DNA from: Tubulanus polymorphus | Taxonomy: Eukaryota; Animalia; Nemertea | NCBI RefSeq assembly: GCF_964204645.1 | Contig: NC_134029.1 | Span: 3,720,001 to 3,784,000, forward strand | Direction: 5' to 3' | DNA: 64,000 bases | Shown: positions 39,745 through 52,106 of the stretch, one piece after another | Position numbering within the stretch: the stretch's first letter is position 1 | Layout of the letters: every line of letters begins with the position of its first letter | Program-made: the position numbers and the translations under genes | Notes under the pieces: generated by a model | Told to the model about the DNA's origin: nothing | The model's input: the letters and a program-made list of their open reading frames with translations, nothing else | Databases searched by the model: none

Positions 39745-42425
39745 CAGAAGTTTACTTTGATGCCCAGTCTAGTCTCTCTACTGAGGAACTTGCTGCTAAT
39801 CTGTGCTTAGTTCGTGCCTAGTACCGGTAATAGAAGTATCGCTAAAATTAGCCGTGTACAAACAAATTCACATTCAAATGCGAACTAGGGAAATGATTTT
39901 CAGTATTGTGCACAGTAAAATTTATAGTTAGTACCAAAGTTGAATTCTATAATTCAATACGAACATTAACAGATATCACAATGTACTTAGATGGTGATTT
40001 TCCAATATTTTAAAGTCAATTAGATCAGTACGCATATATATTATATGTATATATGTATGTATAGTGTACATAAATATTTAGTGATACTGATAATACGATA
40101 CTCAATGTAGCGCGATGTGACCAAACTTAGATGAACAAAACCAAAAATTGGCATAATTAGAAGAGACCCGCGGTTAATAAATACAATATGTATCGATGTT
40201 TTGAAGAATGTCTAAGACACATTTAGATGAAATAGATTAATGATGATGGTTGTGTAGCTATTTGTTATGTAGTCAGTAATATGCAGTGCTGTAAGCTGAT
40301 GAGCATGGACCCTCCTTACTCGGCACTGGTCAACTCAATAGACCGCTAAATTCAGTCGATTTTACACCTAATCATTTGGGAAACTACTCCTGATTCTGAA
40401 CTCTGTGAAAAATCTACGGTCTATCGAGTAAGGCTGAGTTGACTGAAGTTCTGGTTCTTGATGTGTGTGTATGAAACAGCATGTAAAATTATATATAAGG
40501 AAATATTTATCGGAAATATGGAAAATGTACATATAAATGTGTGTGATAAAGGTCTGATAAGTTGCAGTGGGTTTTTTCATCATTGTCTATCTCCGTGTTC
40601 TCGAGCTATCTAAATATGGTTGTATACATGAATGTCAGTGATTTAGAAGTAGTTCTACTACCATACTACGATAGAAATAATGTTTTACATGTATAAAACT
40701 TTGATTCCATTTTTCTCTCCATTTCGTACTCGAAGCATTCCGGACAGTGTATATTGCGCATATTGATACGATGTTGTATTACGTAGGTATACAGAGAACT
40801 ACTTAAACTTAATGAGAAAATAGACAACACATTTCAACCACCTGCACTACTGGACTAGATTACTGGACTTTTCAAATCATTCTACCGGATTTCGGGTTGA
40901 AGCTCATGTACAGGTTACTCGAATAACCTTCAAATTATTTGTTTGTTCTGTAAAAGACGTTAAATTTATCACTTCCTCAATTGAAGCAAAATATTTTTGT
41001 GTATGATGGTCCTTAAGGGCTAGAAATGTTATCCATAAAGTTATGTGGCATTGAAATTGAGGAATGCATTGAATTTGATTCTTTTAATTCTAACAATCCG
41101 GAAGTTATAACCTTAATGAGCTCGATTATGGTTCTGAAAAGTCTGTCAAGTTATGTACTACTAACTATTATTGCCGTGTATAGACTTGTACATGTGTTGA
41201 AGATATGCGATGTAATCTTAGGTTTTCTGAATGATTAATTCAAATACTTAACGAATGAATATTCATATGTTTTACAATGAATTCTGTACGATATTAATCA
41301 ATCAATTGCGTGGAATAATCGGAATTATTGTGAATGTAATGTTTTTAAATCGCTAACATTAAATGTACTCAATGTACTGGTGCTTTGAGAGCGCGTTTGG
41401 GATACGAAGAAGCATTAATGTCGTTAGTTTGTCTGTGATTTTCACTTAATGAAATATGTTTTTAAATCTTCTAGTCAACGGAATTGTGAATTCGTCGGAA
41501 GCGTTTAAGCTTTTGGAATGTTATTTCAATGGTTGCTCGATGAAGTAAATATGTTGTTTGGTTAATTCTTTCTTGCCATCTTCCTTCAAGTAAGCTAAAT
41601 AGGCTACCAACTTCATGAGACCTATTTATTTAAAGTCTATTTAAGCTTTTCCTGGCCTTATCGTAAGGTATGTTACATCATAGTTTGACCAATGACTTGC
41701 TTTTTTTCAAACCTCAAAACGAAAACCTCACGTAGAATCGAGAACATTATTTCAATCTATTTTGCATGTAGCCAAAAATGCATATGTATTTTTGATGTAG
41801 CAGTATACACTTATGAAGGCTTTTGATTAGCTGTCTGATACCATAAGTGTATTTCTAGGAATCTTTAGCCTATATTATTTGCAGTGACAACCTTTTTGGG
41901 TCGTCGATTAGATTGAACCTGTATTTCTACACATAATAGTGAAATACGACATAGATCAGTGAAAATGATAATCACTGAACAAAAATGTACTTTAATTTTA
42001 TAGTTGTAGGTATTTTTCAAATGGTCAAAATTTAATTTTTTTGATTCTATCTCAATGGTTTCGTATTTGGACCTGACATTCCGAGTGTATCGTGTTTGTT
42101 AGATCATATTCGATATAAGTAGAATGTACGGGTTAGCCATACTTTAATTGCTCTTATTGCTAAAATATCGGTTTTGACATGAAATATCTCAACGTTGTAA
42201 AAGAAACATTTGTGTAGAAAATTAGAAGTAATTTCCGAGTGCCTTAGATGGTGGAGTATTTACTGTTATTTTACTATATGTAGGCTTAACATAGCTTCAC
42301 TGCATTTGAAAATGTTTTAAGTTGCGGCTAATTAGACTATGAATAAAGAAGCAGGCAACAATTTTGACGAAATCCATAATGCTGCCAAGAAAGTAGATAT
42401 TTTTCGGAGAAACCTTTCCTACAGC

Positions 42426-42566
<141 letters not shown>

Positions 42567-43766
42567 GTATAGCTTAAAGTTGAACGGAGGATATATTTGA
42601 ATATCGGAAATGTTTTGGTAGTGTAATGTTATGTTACTATGCATCAAAAACGGATAAAAAATGGGTGATGCAAAACTTTGGGAATTCAATACATCATCAG
42701 TACTGCATGGGTATTTTCAGGGGTCGATCGAGCCCGCTAATACTGTTACCGCTTGAACAGTAGGCCTGCTCATAGATGAACCAAGCTCGCAAATATGATA
42801 TGATCCCTTTATTTCAACTGTGTGGAATTGATTTCCACATTCCAAGAAATGCTCAGATTGTATCTGGACTCTGCTGTGATTGGTCCTGGACTGAGCTGTA
42901 CTGATGAGGCTAGATCCACCCGTGATTACTGAGGGCCCTACTACTAGTGACAGACCCAATCCTCTTTACCTGAGACTGACAATAGATAATGATAGAAATA
43001 GTCCGTAATTTAGATATATATTGCAATAATAGATACAGTAGCTCACCAAGCATGTTATATCGTAATAGATCATTATTATTTCTCTATATATAGATATATA
43101 TTTGTATGATTTGATTAAGCGCATGATATTTTAATCTTTAAGTCTGTGTAGTAGTTAAAATACGTTACACCGGAGTTTATCATTGTAATCTGCAAATATA
43201 TATATGTGTAGAATAATCTATTTTTGTTATTTAACAATAAAATTGCGTGAAATAAATAAAATTAGTGTATTTTCTATGTTAGAATTTTTATCTTATGGTT
43301 TTTAAGAACCCTTGGAGATCTTTGTTTTATTGTAGTGCTATGCACCGAATATGATTCGTCTTGATAGATGACTCTTGAGTGAGTAGCTGCTGGATCGGAT
43401 GTTACTTCTACCCAGGGAAAGATAGGCTGGGGCAGTAAAAACCAATTAATCGATTGATGATAATTAAGCCTTATTCGTTTATACAGAATATAGAAAGCGC
43501 CATTGAACATCTAATAATATTTTTTTAATTCAAAAACTAATGTCATAAAAGATTTTATAATTGGATCACAGTGAAAAGGACGCTATAGAAATTAAATTAC
43601 TATTAATATACTGGTCCGTTAGTAAGGATTGCCGCTGTCCGAACCGTTAGGCCAGTATTAGGCCAGTTCCATGATGTAAGTTAGACTGGTTGCCTGTCCC
43701 ATTCAGTCCGGTAACCAGTCTACAATGGGAACTCAATGCAATGACGCGATTGACGGATGTCCGAAG

Positions 43767-43781
43767 TCGCGCCATTTTGAA
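43767..43781 (+). promoter_or_regulatory. CDE/E2F-CHR-like tandem element upstream of CHAF1A
   Basis: TCGCG, a 4-nt spacer, then TTTGAA, ~125 nt upstream of the ATG. It overlaps a YY1-like CGCCATTTT. Confidence 0.45.
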
Positions 43782-43905
43782 GGGATATCCTGAAAAAGAA
43801 TTCATTTGTTTACGTAGTTTTTTTCAGCTGCCGCAGGACCAGCCCCTCTCTCCTCGACCCCTGATCTCATTGATAAATAGTATCGTTGTGTAGAACGGGA
43901 TTGAG

Positions 43906-46900
43906 ATGTCATCTTTACACGATGGAACGGCTTCAGGTACTGATAATTTGATAGATTACAGTAAAAAAAATCAGCACCCACCAATTAAATTTTGTTGATT
44001 CACGGATTGACCGACGCGACAAAGAATCCAAATTGTCCCGTTTTTTAAAGTACACGAAAAGGATCGTTATTGGATACCTGGTAATGTGTTCGAACTTAAA
44101 GTTGACAAGAAACTTAATCCCAATAATGTAGTTCTGATGTTTTCCATTTTCAGATCCGATTCCTGTTGGAACGTCGCCTTTAAAACCTTCTTCGAAATCT
44201 GGTCTCAAACAAGGTCAGTTCGTTACCGAATATAGGAGTGACTGCTATTTTTAGGTGTCCGTATTGATTAAGTTGCAGATTTTGTCAAATTCCTGAAATG
44301 TAAAGTGATATTTTCAGCTCGTTTGCCGTTTGTTCAACTCGGTCAGAAACCGATCGTCACCGCCCCGGTTCTCGCGTCAAAAAAACGTAAACTTTCCGAT
44401 AACGAAATTCCCGCCCCGAAAGTAATCAAAACGAATAAATCGAACGCTTTAAAATCGGCGACGAATAGAAAAGAAGATAACAAAGATAACGTCTACGTGT
44501 CCGAAAACGAGGTCAGCTCGAGTTCGGAAACGGAAAATATCCCTCTATCGGCTTTAACAACGAAACCGGCGTCTAGACCTGGTTTACTCGATCGGTACAT
44601 CGAAGCCGCCCAACAACGAGAGGTTTCGACTTCCGTAAAGGATGAAAACGAAGACGGCTGCGTTTCCCTTCTCGACGAAAAGGAAAACGAAAAGGAGGCG
44701 ATCGATAGAATCGTCGCGAGAAACGACAAACTAGATCGGTTTATTTACCGCACGAAAAATAGCGACGCGAAAGTCATCGTTGATAATGATGACGACGAAA
44801 AGAAGGAGGAAACCATCAATGAGAAGGATGATAGTGACGATGATGATGCGCTCGAAGCGGCCGATATCTCGGCGATGTCCGTCGATGAAGAGGTGTCGAT
44901 TTTGATGGATAAAGATGCCGACAACAGTATCAACGAACAGAACACGTCCGTAAACTCGAAACGCAGTATAGAAAGCGAAGCGACGCCGGCTAAGAAAGTC
45001 GTTAAGTTACATGAGGGTCAGTCACCTGTAGGAGTCACAGAGTCGACTTCAAAATCACCGGCAATCGTCAGAAAAGTGAGTACTCGCGCAATAAGTGAAG
45101 TCTAAGGTGTTTGTAGCCAGTCTGGCAAAGTTTGAAAGTGCTGAATTAGGAATATGCCTACTTCTGAATCATTCGTGCTGCAAAGTGCTTACTTTTGGAC
45201 TTCAGGTTTCTTAAAAAGTTAAACTTAAAAACGCTGATATTTGACTGTTAAAAATGTTGACTTTTGCTTCAGTCAGACTGCTACAAACAGCTGTTGTTTC
45301 AATGTTTCTCTTTTCACTCTGTGAGCAAGGGTGAACTGAAAATTAAATTGCGGAAATATATGTACAATCTGTTTCCTGTTTCAAGATTTTTCTTGCTGCG
45401 TGCCATGAGTTTAGTGTTGTTATTTTGATATTGAAAATTGTGTTTATTCCACCAAAGACTCCGGCGTCTGGTAAGAAGCTCGCCCTGGAAGCCGAGAGGC
45501 AGCGAAAACGCGAAGAGAGAGAACGAGAAAAACAAGAAAAACTGAGACTTCGCGAAGAGGCGAAACTCGAACGAGAGCGAAAAAAGGATGAAGAAAAGGT
45601 AACATTATTCAATACTTTAGCCCTGGGTGCAAGGTTAGGTAATTGTAGTTGGTTGTTTATCATAACTTGGCTTCATTCCAGAAACGAAAAGAACAGGAAA
45701 AACTACAGAAAGAGAAGGAAAAACAGGATAAAAAAGAACAAGTCGAAAAAGAGAGACTGGAGAGATTGAAGCAGAAAGAAGATGAGAAAAAGAAGAAGAA
45801 TGAAGCTATTGAGTGAGTAGATTGAGAGGCATTCAGTCATCGTTTTCTGCGGTCTTTCCGGAGTGAAATATCTTGTTTCGCTGATTATTCAGGGAAGAGA
45901 AACGTCGAAAGGAGGAAGAGAAGAAATTGAAGGAAAGCGAAAAAAATAAAATCCAGAATGAAAAATTGCGCGATGAAGAAGAAAAGGTATGTTTTAATCT
46001 GTTCATTTCCAGTTGTGGACAGTTCCTTATAACTGATAAGGCCAGTATTACAACAACACAGAGTGGCGTATTGGAAATTTCTTGTTTTGCAGCCATGTTC
46101 TTTTATCATGTACCCAATGCCACATTGATACTCAATATACAATGTATGATTTATAAACTGTTCCCTTAAATCTATAGATGACCATATTATCTTCTGTTGT
46201 TATATGACAGCAAGTCTCCAATACTTGAGGGCAAACAAACTAAAACATCATGTGCAAGACTTTTATTCATTTGAGCGTTGATGACATGAAATCGTCTGAT
46301 TTTTGGTTTATTTTCGTTTTACTGCAGATGAAGAAACAGCAGAAATTACAGCAATCTTTTCGAAGTTTCTTCGTGAAGAATGATACCTCCCCTGTTCTCA
46401 AGGTATAAAAAGAACCTTCAGTGTTTTTTCATTTAATTGCAGTTGATTCTAAATCTAATTTTAGAAACTAATGCGTAATTTTTGCATTCAGACGACGGTC
46501 AAACAGTTCACCACGAACGGATTCTTCCGCGATTTCCAAGTTAAAGACAACATGAGGTTGGCTCCGTCGACTCGCTTTGACTCGGCGAATCACGATTTGA
46601 AAATGGAGGCGTTCGACGATTTGCTGACGAAACAAGATTCATCAACCGCGGAGCTGTATTTACACCGTATCAAATCTACGTCGTATGTTAAAGGCAAATC
46701 AGGGAAAACATGGAAATTGTAAGTAATTTACAGAGGCTCATTTGACTTACTTTTGGGTTTTTATTTATCATTCGTAGAATGGCCACAGTGTGGCCACTGA
46801 CCTGGAAAACATGGAAAATTCAGGGAATTCGGATATGTTATTGACCACACGCTTCTTTATCAATACATAATTCATAAGAGTGAAGAAATTGTAAAATTTT

Positions 46901-49421
46901 AAACCAAGAAATTCCTTGGATTTACTCAGCGTATTGGTGTGTTATGATATTGAAAAATCAAGGAAACTCAGGGGATTTCTAAATGGGTGGAAAGTGGCTA
47001 CCCAAACGTTCGAGCTAAGTCCTCGTTAATACGCTCTTATTGTTATATCAGTGAAAATGAAAGTGACGTGGTCGCAATTGACGACAATTCTGCAGTGAAA
47101 ACGAAAGCAAAACTGATACAATTCCACGAGAATTATCGACCTCCGTACTATGGCACGTGGAGAAAGAAGAGCTCAAAGCTGAACGCTAGGGACCCGTTTA
47201 GAAAAGATGAGGTGAGAGAGAAAGTTTTGAAACAATCTTGCGATAATGACTCGGATTCAACTTTTAATCAACTTTTCGAATTTTCAATAATCTTTCGTAG
47301 AATTTGTTTGATTATGAAATCGACAGCGACGATGAGTGGGAAGAAGAGGAACCAGGAGAGAGTTTATCTCACTCTGAGGTAAAGAAAATCCTGTGAAAAT
47401 GCTATCAGCTTACTCCGCTCAAGTCGGGCTCCAGTCCAACTTGAGAGTAATATCCAAATTACTGGGCAGATATACATAAATTTCGACTAAATGTTGTTCT
47501 GAATATATTTGATAATTAGGGTGAAGATGAAGATGAGAAGGTCGGCGGCGGTGATGATGCAGATGACGATGATGAAGATGGTTTCTTCGTCCCGCACGGC
47601 TATCTGTCGGGCGACGAAGGTTGCGAAGATGATGAAGACGTAAGGAATATTCTCGTATTAAGATTCAGTTTGCAGATGAACACATTTTGTTTGCCCTTTA
47701 TTGAGATATGAAATGTTCGCGATTGTAGATGAGTCCGGAGAAGATGAAAGCTGATCAGCAGCTGAAAGCTCGTCAGTTCGAGATGGATTTAAAGAGACAA
47801 TGTAAAGCGCTTGTTCCGATTATAATCGGATGTTTCATCGATGATAAACCAGGACCGATACCCGTACAATACAATCAATTAGAAACTTATCGGGTAAGAT
47901 TCGATCCAAGGGATTGAACAAAATTGTACCCATTTTGACGAAAAGTGCCTATAGAATGAGTACTCAAAATTTTGGGGGTCCTACAAAAGACTGATCAGAT
48001 TCTCTGGCCTTCCGACTGTCTTACACAATCTCAGATTTGATGTTGTTGTTTTTAGGCTGTTCCTTTGAATGACGGTAGTTTTCCTATTCCAACCTACCAC
48101 AGTACGAAGGGTTCATTACCTACTGATGCAGTCAGTGGGAGCCCGGCATCGAGAGCTGCCTCTCGAGCTCTTAAAAAACCAGTCCCCGAGGAAGGTAAGT
48201 TATTCAATAGTTATCCATCGATCAAGTTTTTGTATTCTTTTTTTGGAAGATCGTTTACGCAACCCAGAACCAGAATTTCCATTCTGTACTTCAATTTTCG
48301 ATTTCAAAATAAAACCCCGTTTCATTGCTGGCAGGTGTAGTGGGTTTGTTAGGAACTATCCTCGCTTGCCAGGATGATAGTTAGATGATTAGGGACACAC
48401 CAAAAATTAGCACGAAAATCAATCAATTAATCATACGTTAACTTTATTTTCAGCTATGTCGGATTTGATTCGTTTGGTGCACGGGAATATATGTGGAATC
48501 AAGAAACTCATTCGCGAATTCCGCGAGTACTGGAGACTGAAAAACGGTTGCAAACCGTCTTCAGAACTCGCAGAACAGAGTCAAGAGAATAACGATAATA
48601 TCGGAGTAGATTCTGGAGTCGCTCCGATGGAAGTCGATGCTCCGGTTATTACCGTACCATCCACTCCGACTAGTCCAGCTAATGTCAACGCGTCCGATTA
48701 CGAGATATCTAAACGTCAAGTCGAATTGAAGATCAACGCGATCGCGCAGTATAAAAAGGACTCGTCATATCCGCGTAAATGCTGGTACGTTAATCCTGAC
48801 ATGTTGAGTCAGTACAAGTTAACTGACCTGCCGATACCGGGTCAATGGCAGTACGTTACTAAACAACCAGTATCACGCGCTCCAACCCCACTGCAGCAGA
48901 AGGACGAACGCGAAGCGATGGATACCTCGACTCCAACTGCAACGTCGAAAACATCTGCGGGAATTTCAATTAAACAGTTCACCGTAAAGAGCTCACCGGC
49001 GGACGCGTTTAAATCGATGCCCATCGCGGAATTGACTCCCCCGAAACCAATTCCCGTTATAAAACCGCCCCGCCGAATAACCTTGACCTCATTTCTAAAA
49101 CCGAACTCGAAACCGACGGATATTTCATCTGCTGAGGGAGCGACCTCCACTGAAGGGACGACCTCTGCTGAGGGAGTGACCTCTGCTGTTCTCGGGACAT
49201 TAACGACTGGTGAATCATCAGTTGAATTGAATATGATGAATGGCAGTCAGAATTCAGTATTTCAGGCTCGACCTGAACACACCAATACAGTGAGCTCGGC
49301 ATTACAGGCTTGGCCTGCACTTGTCAATACCGAGAGTTCAGCGTTACAGGCTTGGCCTGCACGTGTTAATACACAGTTACTAGATGATGTCAGTGATGAC
49401 GATATTATCGTATTAGACTAA
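43906..49421 (+). CDS. CHAF1A: Chromatin assembly factor 1 subunit A (p150)
   Basis: Exons 43906-43936 and 44154-44213 splice to give KQARLPF (PIP1). Also a KER coiled-coil region, QQSFRSFFVK (PIP2-like), KLIQFHENYRPPYYGTW, DYEIDSDDEWEEEEPGESL, DGFFVPHGYLSGDEG and the winged-helix LIRLVHGN...CWYV. Confidence 0.93.
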
Positions 49422-51248
49422 AATGTTGAGCTTTCTTGACAAACTGTTTGTCGACACAGAATGTAGAAACTGATTATAAACTCAGGAGAGATTGAAATGT
49501 TTAAAGATATTCTACTTCTGTTTATACAGTTGCTTGCTGTTATATCGGTGAAAATTTATGTTTTAATATATTGATGAATAATTGAACATTATTTGTTGTA
49601 TAGATATGTTGTGCTCGTGTTGTGTAAGTGTTAGATGGAAGAAGGCTTTCGTAGTTTGGGCCTGAACTTGTGGGTAATCGATACAGTGATTTTGATATGT
49701 AAATTAGTCTCTCGAAACCACCAAAAATACATCACATTCACTGGTGCTATAATATGATATTTAAATTAAAAGTAAATGAATCCTTTTTGAGCTAGGATGG
49801 CTGTTTGCAAAATTGTGTAACATTTTGTATTGTATATAATATAAAGTGGTCGATAAATACATATATTTATATATGCATGTACTAAGACACAAATTTGTTT
49901 GTTTATTGAAATGGTTTCATTCCAAAAGCAATTAAGGAAAGGGTATTTAGCAGAGGACTTTCCAGGCCTTCCAACTGTTGGCTTCGATATTTGGTTATTC
50001 TCGGGAGTTGAGGCGGAGGAGTTTCAGAAAACGTGCAGGAAAATGATCTTCCTTATGACCAAAAAGTAGACTGAAGAAACGCGTGCAATTTATTCATAGG
50101 AATGTTTTTAATCAAACAATTTTAGTAGGAGACAATCTTCAAAATGTTTTAAACAACATAACAAAATATTCAATCCATAACACTTCCGAACCATTTGATA
50201 TGAATAGACCGTTGTTTAAAAGTACTGGTTGATTTAAAAATTGGGCAATTAGTTATTGAGCAAAGATTAAGAAGCAAAATGTGTTAAATTCAACAAACCC
50301 TGATTCTGGAGTTACAATAACAGCCCAATTATCTTAAAGCTATAAACCAGGGGTGGGCTTATTACGCATGACTAGATTAACAAGCCTTCAGAGGAAGAAC
50401 ACTTCAACATACTGATTAAAGGCATTATGCATTACTGGTATAAAAACAAACCATTGATCAGTGAAAAATTATGTTAGGTTATTCTTACTTTGAACCACTG
50501 AACTAGAATTGTACAATCATTCGTTCTGCATGGCAGGAATTCTGTTGTAAAAGACAATATTTGTAATGCAGATTATGATATAAATGACTGACCAATGAAG
50601 CACTTTCTTTAAGCCACATTCATTCCCCTATCTATAATTCAGAGTGCTGGAGAGATCAATTTCCTGTATTTTCATCGGGACAATATGGCTGTATGAATGG
50701 GAATTAAAATGTGTTTACCAAATCATTATTTCCACCTTAATTCATCATCAAATGAATAAAATTAAGAACCCAGACATTACAACATTAGTTCTAGATTGCT
50801 GATTTTACTATGAGTATAGTGAATATTTGAGGTATATTTTATATCATTGCGTTGTATGCAGAGGTCTTTTCCCTGAAAATTCAATCATTGTTTCTAAGCT
50901 CATTTAAATTCTAGTTGCACCAATGTTTCAAAATTTTTACACGCTAATCTTATAAATTAAGAGATCAAAAAGATCATACACAAGAAATAGCCACTATTTC
51001 GGAATGTGTAAATGGATTTGATTACATCTAACTCACTAATAAAAGCAAGCTTAATTCAGAAATTATTGCGTCAAAGTAATATTTAGAGCAAACATTTCAA
51101 AGTTATGCAATTAATACAAATATGTAAACTCTAAGGTCAAACCTATGGACAAAATTTTTTGTAAATTTCCTAGCACTCATTCTACTATATACTTGATTAT
51201 CAAGACAATTTTAGGTTAAAATAAAACAACTAATAAAAAACAAAACTG

Positions 51249-51348
51249 GGGCCAGTAGACTAAAACTCAAACTCTTAAAACCATAAAGCTAAGGTCGTAA
51301 AGAGAACAGTTCATCCAGAGTAAAAACTATGTCTTTAAAAACTGGCCC
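51249..51348. mobile_element. Harbinger-like MITE, CTG TSD
   Basis: GGGCCAGT / ACTGGCCC ends with CTG on both sides. Confidence 0.65.
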
Positions 51349-52106
51349 CTGATGTATAACAATCATATTCTATGAAAAGTATTGATGGCCTATTAAAGGA
51401 AAATATATCTTATTATGTACAGAGCGTATTACTGGCTAAAATTCATATTTATTGCATATTGCATAGATTATTACTTGATTGGCACTTACTGTTCCTCACT
51501 AACTTAGTGCCACACTGGCACTAAGCTAGTTACTGGCACTAAGCTAGTTAGGTTCACATATCAATAATGAGCCATGATGAAGTATTTCATTCATGTATAT
51601 TAATTACATGTACGGGTATAATATTATGTATTTAAAACTATGATGATAAGAAAGACCATTACGGTAGCATATGTTCACTATCCCAGCACAGGTGCCATTT
51701 AACGGATAATCAATTCTATATACAGAATACGTAGAATAAAATGGTAAAAATATGATGAACTGCTTTTACATGTGACACCATTACCGCTATCCAAAGAAGA
51801 CGATTTGGCGCGGACCGGACCCGAGTCAAATGTGGCTGCGCTTAATAAGAAAGAACATTCACACAAATAATGCAGTGGGAAGCCAAAGGATTTACCCCAT
51901 ACTTCCAAACAAGTTAGCATTCACACAGAATAATTTAACCAACGCTAGAGATTGGCAGGGGCCTGTTACGATATTTTAGATTGTGCCAAATTTGGCCCGG
52001 GTCAAAAGCGCCGGTGTAATTCTATTTATTTCAGCATGAACCGATCCCACGTCGTATTCTTCACTTTCGCACCTAAAGAAAATTTTGATTTTGAAATTGG
52101 AAGAAC

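Noticed and set aside
44493-46142. Several Ser/Phe-rich minus-strand ORFs
   Set aside because: Antisense shadows of the acidic and KER exons of CHAF1A.
49630-49675. Possible third hammerhead-like motif
   Set aside because: Both the CUGANGA and GAAA boxes are broken.
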